NCBI GenBank assembly: GCA_036396795.1
Contig: DASWKF010000017.1
Coordinates: forward strand, 111,191 to 175,190
Source: Gammaproteobacteria bacterium
GTDB taxonomy: Bacteria; Pseudomonadota; Gammaproteobacteria; Steroidobacterales; Rariloculaceae
DNA: 64,000 nt
Reading direction: 5' to 3'
Shown here: one piece after another, positions 26,719 through 35,333 of the stretch
Layout: each line of letters opens with the position of its first letter
Numbering within the stretch: the first letter of the stretch is position 1
The notes under the pieces: model-generated
Seen by the model: only the letters and a program-made list of their open reading frames with translations
Database searches by the model: none
Told to the model about the DNA's origin: nothing
Position numbers and translations under genes: made by a program

Positions 26719-27306
26719 CTAGATCCGCGGCAGTATGACCGGAACACCGATGAGCATCGCGTGCAGGCCCGCGATGAATGCGAGATAGATGCCGACGCCG
26801 AGGCCGACCGCGATGACGTCGTTCCACGGCGAGGCGGGAAGGCTCGGCACGGGGCGCACCGGGCGGTATTTCAGCGACACGCGCGTGGCGCCGGCCCACA
26901 CGAGAAACGAGCCGAACAGCAGGACGTCGGCGAGCGTGCCGTTGGCGAGCAGATGCGCTATCGCCCAGATTTTGGTCGCGACCAGCAACGGATGCTTGAG
27001 CCGCGTGCGAATGCGGCCGGGCAGATAGGCCGCCAGCAGCAGCGGAAAGACGAATACGAGCAGCAGCGTGGCGGCGTCGCGCAGCCACGACGGCGGCGCG
27101 TAGAGGAACACCGGCGCTTGGCGCGCGATGCCGTAGCCGCGAATAACGAGCACCAGGCCGACGAGGGCGACGGCGGCATAGCCCGCCTGCCAGAGCGGCC
27201 GGCCGATACGAGCGATGCAGCGGTCGCGCCAGCTCCAGGACACGATGGAGATCGAATGCACGCCCAGAAAAACTACCAGGCCGATGATCAGCGTCGTCAT
27301 GTTCAT
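26719..27306 (-). CDS. NnrU-family membrane protein
   Basis: 195 aa with a 5-6 TM pattern. The N-terminus MTTLIIGLVVFLGVHS and the HLLANG motif are recalled from the NnrU family. Confidence 0.7.
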   Translation of the reverse strand: MNMTTLIIGLVVFLGVHSISIVSWSWRDRCIARIGRPLWQAGYAAVALVGLVLVIRGYGIARQAPVFLYAPPSWLRDAATLLLVFVFPLLLAAYLPGRIRTRLKHPLLVATKIWAIAHLLANGTLADVLLFGSFLVWAGATRVSLKYRPVRPVPSLPASPWNDVIAVGLGVGIYLAFIAGLHAMLIGVPVILPRI

Positions 27307-27461
27307 CTCCGCAAACCGGCCGCGTCATAATGCCCGAATTCGCCGCAAGCCGGTATGCGCCGGGGCGGGGTTCCCGCCCGGCGCGACCCGGGTTCCACGG
27401 TGTCAGCCTGGCACTGGCGGCTTTTCGTTGCTTTAATTGCGCACCAAATGGGAGGCCGACA

Positions 27462-28106
27462 GTGACAGGCTACGCGGCGACGCCGGGAGAGTCCGCCTAC
27501 CGGCTCCGGGAGGACTTCAAGCTCGACACGATGGACATCGTCGTGGCGGTGCTGCTGGGCGTCATCCAGGCGGTCATCGAGATCGTCGGCCTGCTGGGGT
27601 TCCTCGAGCGCACGGTCTGGGCGGCAGGACCGGTGGGCTTCGCCATCTACGCGTTCTACAACGGCACCACCTGGATCTTGTTCTATGCCGGTGTCTATCT
27701 TCGCAAGCGCGCCGTCGTGCCGGTTCTGGCGGTGGTCGTCACCGCGCTCGTGCGTTGGTTCGCAGGCGATCCGGACGGCCCGATCCTGCTGTTCTACGGC
27801 CTGTTCCCGGCGGCCTTCGGCGCCGCCGTATTCGCGCTGCTGCGCTGGCGCGGCGGCCGGTTGCTGTTTGCCGCCGCGGTAGCCGTGACCTCCGTGGCCA
27901 ATCAGGTGGCGCTGTTCATCGGTCAAGGCGGATTTCAGCTCGCCGAGGGCGCGACCTGGGCGCTGATCTCGATGTCGATCGCTGCCGGCGGCGGCCTGCT
28001 CTGGGGCATCGCTTCGTGGTATCTGGGGCGTGGCCTCGAGCGTGCCGGCGTGCCCTCCGTGGACAAGCCGCCGGCGCTCGGCGGCGCCCGCAGAGCGCAC
28101 GCGTGA
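27462..28106 (+). CDS. ECF-transporter substrate-capture (S) component, YkoE-like
   Basis: Hydrophobic ~6-TM protein directly upstream of the fused ECF ATPase and T component. GTG 27462 is preceded by GGGAGG. Start uncertain. Confidence 0.7.
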   Translation: MTGYAATPGESAYRLREDFKLDTMDIVVAVLLGVIQAVIEIVGLLGFLERTVWAAGPVGFAIYAFYNGTTWILFYAGVYLRKRAVVPVLAVVVTALVRWFAGDPDGPILLFYGLFPAAFGAAVFALLRWRGGRLLFAAAVAVTSVANQVALFIGQGGFQLAEGATWALISMSIAAGGGLLWGIASWYLGRGLERAGVPSVDKPPALGGARRAHA

Positions 28107-28128
28107 GCCGGATGCGGCCTCGGCGCGC

Positions 28129-29952
28129 GTGGGCAATATCGCCGACCTCGACACCAGCCGTCACCGGGCGTCGAGGGTGACGGGCGAGACCGCGCTCGCG
28201 CTGGAGGCCTACAGCTTCTGGTTCAAGCCCCAGGGCGGTCAGCCGGAAGGCCCTGCCGCGCTCGATGACGTGAGCTTCGAGGTCGAGGCGGGATCCTTCG
28301 TGTTGATCCTCGGGCGGAGCGGCTCCGGCAAGAGCACGTTGGCGCTGAATCTCGTCGGCATCTATCCCGACTATTTCGGCGGTCGCAACCAGGGCTTGAT
28401 GCGGGTGCGGCACCCAGAGCGCGGGCTGATCAACCGTCGCGAGCTCGAGGCCGCGGAACGCTTCAAGCTCGTCAACATGTTGTTCCAGAATCCCGAGGAC
28501 CAGATCGTCACCTTGACGGTGGAGGAGGAGGTCGCGTTCGCGCTCGAAAACTACCTGTTTCCGCCGCAGGAGATTCACCGGCGCATCGACCGGGCGCTCG
28601 AGCTCGTGGGCTTGAGCGGCTTGCGGCAACGCGAGACCCTGCATCTCTCCGGCGGCGAGAAGCAGCGCGTGGCGCTGGCGGCGATGCTGGCGTTGGAGCC
28701 GTCGGTGTTGATCCTCGACGAGCCGACGTCGAACCTCGATCCGGCCGGAACCGCGGAGGTTCTCGCGACCATCGATCACGTGCGCGACGAGCTTGGGCTC
28801 ACGGTCATGGTGGTCGAGCACGAGGTCGACGAGGTGTTCGACCGCGTCGACTCCGTGCTGCTCGTCGAGGATCGGCGCGTCGTCGGCCCGCTCTCGCCGC
28901 GCGAGTTCATCGCGAGCCGCGGTCTTCAGATTCGCGACGAGATGGGCTTGTGGATTCCGCAGGCTTCGGAGGTCGGGCTCGAGCTCGAGCGCGCCGGCAT
29001 CGAGCTCGGCAGACCCGTGCCGCTCAACGGGCCCGAGCTCGTTACCGGTGTGGAGCGGCTCGGCTTGAGGTTTTCGGCTCGAAAGGAACCGCGTGTGCCT
29101 TCGCGGGCGGCCTCCGAGGCGTCGCCGGAGCCTGCGATCGAGGTCAGAAACGTCTCGTTCTCTTACGGCGAGCACGCGGTCCTCAAGAACGTGAGCTTTG
29201 AGGCGCGGCGCAGAGAGCTGCTGGCGATCGTCGGTCAGAACGGCTCCGGCAAGTCGACGCTCGCGTCGCTCTTCAACGGCATCGCCTCACCCGATGCCGG
29301 CACGGTGTTGGTCGAGGGCGTGCCCACGGGAGAATACGAGTTCGCGCACCTCGCCAAACGAGTCGCGTATATCTTTCAAGTGCCGGAAAAACAGTTCGTC
29401 TGCCGCACGGTGTTCGACGAGATCGCCCATGGCTTGCGCGCGCTGGGCATGAGCGAGGCCCGAGTCGAGGAGCGCGCCGTCGAGATCCTCGAATCGGTGC
29501 GCCTGCTGGAGCGGCGCGACGCAAGCCCCTATGTGCTCAGCCATGGGCAGAAGCGCCGACTGTCCGTCGCGGCGATGGTCGTCGGCAAGCCCGACGTCGT
29601 CGTTCTCGACGAGCCGACCTTCGGTCAGGACTTCCATCAGGCGCGCAACCTGATGCAGCTCTTGCGCGACTTGGCCGATGACGGCGCGGCCGTGGTCTTC
29701 ATCACGCACGACATGCGCCTGGTGGCCGAATATGCCGACCGCGCATCGGTGCTCTGCCGCGGCGAGATCATTTTCGATGGCAGCCCCGATGAGCTGTTCG
29801 CGGCTCGCGAGGTGCTCGATCGGGCGAAGCTCAAGCCGCCGTCAGTCTACGAGTTCTCGGCTAAGCTCATCGGCGAGCCGGTGCTCACCACGGCCGAGCT
29901 CGTGAAGCGCATACAGGAGGCGGCCCGTGGCCCACGTCGAACTGTCGTTTAA
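28129..29952 (+). CDS. ECF-transporter ATPase with two fused ABC domains (YkoD-like)
   Basis: Two Walker A motifs (GRSGSGKST, GQNGSGKST), two signature motifs (LSGGEKQR, LSHGQKRR) and two Walker B motifs (ILDEPT, VLDEPT). Start ambiguous among GTG 28030, 28129 and 28177. Confidence 0.85.
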   Translation: MGNIADLDTSRHRASRVTGETALALEAYSFWFKPQGGQPEGPAALDDVSFEVEAGSFVLILGRSGSGKSTLALNLVGIYPDYFGGRNQGLMRVRHPERGLINRRELEAAERFKLVNMLFQNPEDQIVTLTVEEEVAFALENYLFPPQEIHRRIDRALELVGLSGLRQRETLHLSGGEKQRVALAAMLALEPSVLILDEPTSNLDPAGTAEVLATIDHVRDELGLTVMVVEHEVDEVFDRVDSVLLVEDRRVVGPLSPREFIASRGLQIRDEMGLWIPQASEVGLELERAGIELGRPVPLNGPELVTGVERLGLRFSARKEPRVPSRAASEASPEPAIEVRNVSFSYGEHAVLKNVSFEARRRELLAIVGQNGSGKSTLASLFNGIASPDAGTVLVEGVPTGEYEFAHLAKRVAYIFQVPEKQFVCRTVFDEIAHGLRALGMSEARVEERAVEILESVRLLERRDASPYVLSHGQKRRLSVAAMVVGKPDVVVLDEPTFGQDFHQARNLMQLLRDLADDGAAVVFITHDMRLVAEYADRASVLCRGEIIFDGSPDELFAAREVLDRAKLKPPSVYEFSAKLIGEPVLTTAELVKRIQEAARGPRRTVV

Positions 29953-30748
29953 GAAGGGCAACTCGTTGTTTCACCGCATGACGCCGGGCTCGAAGCTGTT
30001 GTTCGTGCTGAGCGTCTCCTTCGTGGCGATCTTCAACACCAATCTGTACGTCGGCGCTGGGCTGTTCCTGTTTTGCCTGCTGCTGGCGTTGTTTTGCACC
30101 GGCGTGCCGTTCAAGCAGTATTGGGCGCTCGGCAAGATCATCGTGCCCTTCGTGTTGATACTCGCGATCGTGTTTCCGTTCTTCTACGGCGGGCAGGCGA
30201 CGGTCGGCTCGGACGCGATCGCGCTGCGCACGCCGGTCAAGGACCTGTCCTGGGGCGCGCTGGGCTTCGGCGCGCTCCTGGGTCTGAGGTTTCTGGCGCT
30301 GGGCCTGGCCGGGCTCGCGTTCGCCTTCACGACGCATCCGAGCGACCTCGTTCAGAACCTCTCCAGGCACGGTTGGGATTACAGGCTCGTCCACGCGCCG
30401 GTGCTGGGCCTGATTCTGTTTCCGTCGTTCTTGAAGCTCGGCCAAGAAATCTCGGTGACGCAGCGGATTCGCGACCTCGGGCAAAACACCAACTGGCTCA
30501 AGCGCAAATGGCTGCGCGTTCGGCATCTGGCGTTCGCGATGCTGGTGCTGGGCTTGAGGAACGGCCAGACTCAGGCGATGGCGCTCGACATTCGCGGCTA
30601 CGGCGCCTACAAGACGCGAACCTTTCTGCGCGAGGTGCCGAGGCACCGTGCAGGCGAGATCTTCGCCTGGGTGTTTTTCGTTCTCTCGGTGATCTACTTG
30701 TTCATGCAGTTCAATCCGGCGAACATGCAGTGGAACATGCAGTTTTGA
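29927..30748 (+). CDS. ECF-transporter transmembrane (T) component, EcfT/CbiQ family
   Basis: 273 aa polytopic protein overlapping the ATPase gene by 26 nt. Gene order S-AA-T as in ykoEDC. Confidence 0.8.
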   Translation: MAHVELSFKKGNSLFHRMTPGSKLLFVLSVSFVAIFNTNLYVGAGLFLFCLLLALFCTGVPFKQYWALGKIIVPFVLILAIVFPFFYGGQATVGSDAIALRTPVKDLSWGALGFGALLGLRFLALGLAGLAFAFTTHPSDLVQNLSRHGWDYRLVHAPVLGLILFPSFLKLGQEISVTQRIRDLGQNTNWLKRKWLRVRHLAFAMLVLGLRNGQTQAMALDIRGYGAYKTRTFLREVPRHRAGEIFAWVFFVLSVIYLFMQFNPANMQWNMQF

Positions 30749-30887
30749 CCCTCAGTGTCACGGATCCGCGCAGGTTCGTGAGCTTGCGCTGAGATGACAT
30801 TCGCACGCTTTTGGCGGATGATCGAATGCACAGATCGCCGGCCACGGCGGCGGAACAACGATGAATCGTCTCGGGGGAGATCGAAGC

Positions 30888-31946
30888 ATGCTTGATCGAA
30901 GAGCTTTTCTGACGGTCGCGGGCACGGTGGCGGCGGGCGCCTATCTCGGACCTCCCTTGGACGCCCTGGCGCAGATGCGCAAGGAGGTTCGCGTCGGCGG
31001 CCGGCGCGTGCACGTGGTCGACATTCACGCGCACTGTCTGTTCCAGGAAGTCGCGCCCATTATCGAGGGCACGCACATGGCGGACGTCGACCTGGGCGAC
31101 AACCTCGTGCTCGGCCCGCGGCGGCTCGACGAGATGGATGCACGCGGCATCGATATCGCCGCGCTGAGCGTAAACCGCTACTGGTGGTACGAAGCCGGTC
31201 GCGAGCAGGTGCGCCAGATCGTGCGCATCAACGACGAAGGCCTGACGGAATGGTGCGCCGCGCACCCCGACCGCTTCGTTGCCTTGAGCTCGCCGGCATT
31301 GCAGTTCCCGGAGCTCGCGGCCGAGCAGCTCGACTACGCAGTGCGCCAGCTCGGTCATCGCGGCGCCTCGATCGGCGGGCACGCCCAGAACGAGATCCCG
31401 TCGGGGCCGAAGTTCGATCCATTCTGGGCCAAGGTCGAGGAGCTCGGCGTGCCGGTCTTCATGCATCCGAACAATGCGTTCAATCTGATCCAGCCAGGGC
31501 GGCTCGCGGGCACCGGCGGGCTCAACAACATCGTCGGCAATCCGCTGGAGACGACTGTGTTCCTGTCGCGGATGATCTTCGACGGTACCCTCGACCGCTT
31601 CCCCGGCATCAAGGTCTGCGCCGCGCACGGCGGCGGCTACTTGCCGTCTTATCTCGGCCGCTCCGAGGTCGCCTGCGAGCGCAACGGTGCCGATTGCAAG
31701 AACGGCAAGAACCCGAGCGACTATCTCAGAAGCCAGATCCTCATCGATTCGATGGTGTTCTCGGAGGAGGGCCTGCGTCACCTGGTCGCCGAGTCCGGCG
31801 TGAGCCAGGTCGTCTACGGCTCCGACATGCCGTTCGACTGGCCCGATACCATCGATATCATCGTCGAGTCACCGAGCCTCACCGATGCCGAAAAGGAGGC
31901 GATTCTCGGCGGTAATTTGATCGAGCTACTGAAAATCGACGTCTAG
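30888..31946 (+). CDS. Tat-signal-bearing amidohydrolase_2 family protein (ACMSD/LigW-like metal-dependent hydrolase/decarboxylase)
   Basis: ATG 30888 after GGGGGAGA. Twin-arginine motif DRRAFLTVAG. VDIHAHC metal-binding N-terminus and AAHGGG... motifs. Confidence 0.85.
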   Translation: MLDRRAFLTVAGTVAAGAYLGPPLDALAQMRKEVRVGGRRVHVVDIHAHCLFQEVAPIIEGTHMADVDLGDNLVLGPRRLDEMDARGIDIAALSVNRYWWYEAGREQVRQIVRINDEGLTEWCAAHPDRFVALSSPALQFPELAAEQLDYAVRQLGHRGASIGGHAQNEIPSGPKFDPFWAKVEELGVPVFMHPNNAFNLIQPGRLAGTGGLNNIVGNPLETTVFLSRMIFDGTLDRFPGIKVCAAHGGGYLPSYLGRSEVACERNGADCKNGKNPSDYLRSQILIDSMVFSEEGLRHLVAESGVSQVVYGSDMPFDWPDTIDIIVESPSLTDAEKEAILGGNLIELLKIDV

Positions 31947-31957
31947 AGAGAAGCCCG

Positions 31958-32332
31958 ATGTCGCCCATGAAGCTCGCAGCCGGCGTCGCCGCCTGCGGTT
32001 TGGCGCTGCCGTTTGCAGCCGACGCGCATCATTCGCACGGCAACTACCGGCTCCACGAATACACCTATTTGACGGGAACGGTCAAAGAGGTGTTGTGGAT
32101 CAATCCGCACACCTGGATTCATCTCGAGGTCACCAACGAGAACGGCGAGGCCACGGATTGGGCTCTCGAGGGCGGGGGCATCGCCGCGCTCACGCGGCGG
32201 GGCTGGCAAGAGGGCGACGTCAGGCCCGGTGACACGATCTCGGTGCGCTGCCATCAGCTTCGCGACGGTGCGCAAGGTTGTCTGCTCGGCTATGTGACTC
32301 CCGAGGGCGGAGAGGAGAAGGAATGGGATTGA
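31958..32332 (+). CDS. Short secreted HH/NPH-motif protein (DUF6152-like), paralog 6 of 6
   Basis: 124 aa. ...LPFAADA then HHSHGNYR...WINPH. Starts 11 nt after the amidohydrolase stop. Confidence 0.8.
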   Translation: MSPMKLAAGVAACGLALPFAADAHHSHGNYRLHEYTYLTGTVKEVLWINPHTWIHLEVTNENGEATDWALEGGGIAALTRRGWQEGDVRPGDTISVRCHQLRDGAQGCLLGYVTPEGGEEKEWD

Positions 32333-32991
32333 GAACGCTGCCGGGGGCGGGCGCGGCGCTCGTCCCGAGCTGGCGCGGCTTGCGCGCTTGCGGATTCACG
32401 CTGGCGTTGCTGCTGTTGTCCGCAAGCGTCCTCGCGCAGGGCTGGCGAACCTACGTGTCCCGTGATCGCTATTTCAGCGTGAACTTTCCCGACGAGCCTC
32501 AAGTGGAGGATGTCTCTTACGCCTCGGAATACGGGGCGACGCTGCCCGCGCGGGTCTATTCGGTGCAAAGGGGCCAGAGCCTGCATTCGGTGACGGTCGT
32601 CGATTTCACCGAAGCGCAGCGCATCTATCAGGAACTGCCCGATAGAACCGACGAAGCCAACAACGCGTCGCTCTGGCTTTACGATCAGCGCGCGTCCGTC
32701 GCGTTTGCCGCACGCAATTTTCGACTCCGCGGCGGCGACGTGACCTACGACGCTTGGCATCACATCGACCTCGTCGAAGGCCACCAGCTCCAGATCACCA
32801 ACACCGACCGGTCGCGGACTTACGCGAGCACGTATTTCCACCAGGGCCGGCTCTATATCCTCGAGGCGACCGTGCCGCCCGGCTCGCTGCCGCAAGGGCT
32901 TTTCCAGCAAAGCTTGAGCTTCCTCGACGAGGACGGCAATCGGATCCGCTACCAGCTCTTTGCCGACGGCAGCCGCACGCGCGTGCTCTAG
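32323..32991 (+). CDS. Secreted hypothetical protein
   Basis: ATG 32323 overlaps the preceding stop by 10 nt, with GGAGAAGG upstream. Signal peptide LALLLLSASVLAQG. Confidence 0.6.
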   Translation: MGLRTLPGAGAALVPSWRGLRACGFTLALLLLSASVLAQGWRTYVSRDRYFSVNFPDEPQVEDVSYASEYGATLPARVYSVQRGQSLHSVTVVDFTEAQRIYQELPDRTDEANNASLWLYDQRASVAFAARNFRLRGGDVTYDAWHHIDLVEGHQLQITNTDRSRTYASTYFHQGRLYILEATVPPGSLPQGLFQQSLSFLDEDGNRIRYQLFADGSRTRVL

Positions 32992-33030
32992 CCGGCCGCG
33001 CCGCGCGGCGCTGATTCTCCCGAGTTTGCG

Positions 33031-33615
33031 ATGATTTTCGGCGGCCGCGGCGCCCCGCCGCCCGGCCGATTGTGGGATCGGTTTCACATAACCCCGGGCG
33101 CCCTGTCGTCATACTGGCGCGATGCTTCGCCGCATGATGTCAACGCCAGCCGTTTCGGCCAGGGCGCCGCGCTCGGCGTTTGTCTCGACCGGGCGATTGC
33201 CGTGGCGGTCGCCTCGACGAACTCGGAGACCCCCGCGCACGTTCATCTCGCGGCACTGCCGACCGAGCACGACGCGCAGGTCAAGAAGCTCAGCAAGCTC
33301 GTGACCAAGCTCGGCATGCAGGGTTGCACCGCGGCGCTGGCGCCGTCGCAGCGCTTCCACGTCATCGACCGGCCCGTGTCGTATCTCTGCGATCCCGCGC
33401 CAGGCGGCGGCGCGCTGCGGCGCTACGCCGGCTACGCGATGCAGCCGAGTCAGCCCGCTGCGCTGACTGCGGGCGATTTGCTTGCGGAGAACGTCGTCGA
33501 TTGCGAGTTTCGCCTCATCGACTCTCGGCTTGTCTCGCTGCGGGTCGCAGCCGGCGACCCTGCCGGTGATACCGTCACGCTGTACTCGCAAGTCCAGCTG
33601 GTGGACGAGCCATGA
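33031..33615 (+). CDS. MshO-like minor-pilin C-terminal region lacking the prepilin N-terminus (possible gene remnant)
   Basis: 194 aa with no signal or prepilin motif. The C-terminal pattern ...VSLRVAAGDPAGDTVTLYSQVQLVDEP resembles MshO-type proteins from memory. ATGA overlap with the following MshP-like gene. Confidence 0.35.
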   Translation: MIFGGRGAPPPGRLWDRFHITPGALSSYWRDASPHDVNASRFGQGAALGVCLDRAIAVAVASTNSETPAHVHLAALPTEHDAQVKKLSKLVTKLGMQGCTAALAPSQRFHVIDRPVSYLCDPAPGGGALRRYAGYAMQPSQPAALTAGDLLAENVVDCEFRLIDSRLVSLRVAAGDPAGDTVTLYSQVQLVDEP

Positions 33616-34022
33616 GCAGGCTTTCGAGGTCTCCAGCTGCGCTTCGCCGGTCCTCCGGCGTCGCCCTGATCAGCGTGATCATGGTCATGTTGGTGCTGAG
33701 CTTGATGGCGACTTACCTGGTCGAAAGCCTGAGCGGCCAGTACGCGGCGACCGGCCTCTCGCAGCTCACGGCGCAAACCGAAGCCGCGGCGGCGAGCGGT
33801 GTCGAATGGGGCCGCGACCGGGCGCTGCGGTTTGGGCTATGCGGCACGAGCCAGTTCCAGGTCGGCAACGTGACCGTCGACGTCAGCTGCGCCACGCAGC
33901 TCATCCAGGAAGACGCGGACAGCTACGACGTCTACGATATTTCCGTCGACGCTCGCTACGGTGCCTACGGCAACTGGGATCACGTGCGCCGCTCCCGTAG
34001 CGCGCGCTACGCCTCGCGCTAG
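33612..34022 (+). CDS. MshP/PilX-like type IV pilus minor component
   Basis: 136 aa. The N-terminus RSSGVALISVIMVMLVLSLMATYL is typical of PilX/MshP-class proteins. Confidence 0.5.
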   Translation: MSRLSRSPAALRRSSGVALISVIMVMLVLSLMATYLVESLSGQYAATGLSQLTAQTEAAAASGVEWGRDRALRFGLCGTSQFQVGNVTVDVSCATQLIQEDADSYDVYDISVDARYGAYGNWDHVRRSRSARYASR

Positions 34023-34143
34023 GCAAAATGCCGTCCGGGCGCGTGTTGCCCGTGACAACTGAATTCCGTACTCTGTGCACACCCCCGGGACCCCGGGCTT
34101 TCCCAGAGGCGATGCGAAGACATTCCATCGAAATACATAGATT

Positions 34144-34749
34144 ATGAAAAGAACGATACAGGGCCTCATCGTCATTGCGCTTGGCGCTCTCGCATTCGGC
34201 AAGGCAGGCGCCCAGCTTCAGGTGGGCGGAGATCTGCTCAGCAACTGTGGCCAGATCGACGGTCATCGCGATGCCGGCAACCTGCCGCAGGCCCGCGAAG
34301 CTGCGCGTCTATGCCTTCAGGGCCTGGACCAGCTGCTCGAAGGCGAGGTCGGCCAATATTTCCTCATGGAGGTCGCCGGCTGGGTGCGCACGAGCTTCGA
34401 GCAGAACTCGGTCATGGGATTCAACAACACCACGGCCGAATACCAGAAGAACGGCAATACCGCCATGGTATCGCTGACGGGCGATGCGGGCGGCGGGGGC
34501 GGATTGCTGGGCGCTTTCGGCGGGCTTGCAAGTCTCGGCATGATGCAAGCGGGCCAGCAGGTCACCGTCGCGGGCCTGTCCGCGGTGGTGACGCCCGACG
34601 GGATGATCATCGTGACGCTGGGCAACGGCGCTTTCTTGAGCTTCAGCTGCTCGGCTTTCACGACTGCCGCGGCGGCGCTGGCAGGTATCGGCGATCTCGT
34701 CGACGCCTTCCCGGTCGCGCAGGTCAACAAGACGCTGGTCGACGGCTGA
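34144..34749 (+). CDS. Secreted hypothetical Gly/Ala-rich protein
   Basis: 201 aa. Signal peptide LIVIALGALAFGKAGAQ and an internal GDAGGGGGLLGAFGGLASLG stretch. Confidence 0.55.
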   Translation: MKRTIQGLIVIALGALAFGKAGAQLQVGGDLLSNCGQIDGHRDAGNLPQAREAARLCLQGLDQLLEGEVGQYFLMEVAGWVRTSFEQNSVMGFNNTTAEYQKNGNTAMVSLTGDAGGGGGLLGAFGGLASLGMMQAGQQVTVAGLSAVVTPDGMIIVTLGNGAFLSFSCSAFTTAAAALAGIGDLVDAFPVAQVNKTLVDG

Positions 34750-34778
34750 CGCTAGGAGATCTTGGCCGCGCTCGGCGC

Positions 34779-35333
34779 TCAGAATCGCCAGACCACGCCT
34801 GCCGAGAGCATATCGACGTCGTCCGTAGCTTCGATGTCGAACTTCTCGTACTCGGTACGGATGAACAGCGAGCCGACGTTGAAGCGCAAGCCGAGGCCGT
34901 AAGCCGAATCGTTACCGTCGGTGCTCGCTGCAAAGCCGTCCAGCGAGGCGTCCGCATCCCAGGCGATGACACCGGCTTTGGCGAAAACGCCGACGATGCC
35001 GAAATCCAAGCCCGCGACCACGAAGGCGTCGAGCCCGCTGATCTCGAGCTCCGCGCCGCTCAAGTCATGCCGGGGCGCGCCGAAATCGACATAGTTCGTC
35101 TCCAGGCTGATGTCGACGACCGGCAGGTCGAAGACGTAGCCGAAGATCAGCTTCCCGGCCGAGTCGTCCTCATCAAAGGTGAAGCCTTCGATCTCGGCCT
35201 CGACCGCTGCTTGGCCGACGCTGGCGCCGGCGTAGAATTCGGCCTGGGCGGCGGACGGCGCGAGGATTGCCGCGAACGGCAGCGACGCGAAAACGGAGAG
35301 ACTACGAAATCCGAGTGGAGAGATGAGTTTCAT
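34779..35333 (-). CDS. Outer-membrane beta-barrel protein (OmpA-like/porin-family small barrel)
   Basis: ATG 35333. Signal peptide ending AAQAEFYAG, alternating amphipathic strands, and a C-terminal ...AGVVWRF with terminal Phe. Confidence 0.75.
   Translation of the reverse strand: MKLISPLGFRSLSVFASLPFAAILAPSAAQAEFYAGASVGQAAVEAEIEGFTFDEDDSAGKLIFGYVFDLPVVDISLETNYVDFGAPRHDLSGAELEISGLDAFVVAGLDFGIVGVFAKAGVIAWDADASLDGFAASTDGNDSAYGLGLRFNVGSLFIRTEYEKFDIEATDDVDMLSAGVVWRF

Noticed and set aside
26137-27330. 397-aa plus-strand ORF and 297-aa minus-strand ORF (26435-27328) over the membrane-protein/NnrU region
   Set aside because: Highly basic, repetitive R/D/E/Q translations. They are antisense to, or out of frame with, the hydrophobic, TM-patterned ORFs (25828-26664, 26719-27306), which are more plausible.
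27307-27461. Possible TPP or cobalamin riboswitch in the ECF transporter leader
   Set aside because: I could not find the conserved THI-box elements (CUGAGA, ACCUGAUCUGGAUAAUGCCAGCG-like core) or a B12 box. GTCAGCCTGGCACTGGC only superficially resembles the latter. Left as an open question in the findings, not called as a feature.
30711-31781. 356-aa minus-strand ORF
   Set aside because: Antisense to the amidohydrolase gene, which has clear family motifs, a Tat signal and an RBS. The antisense product has no recognisable features.
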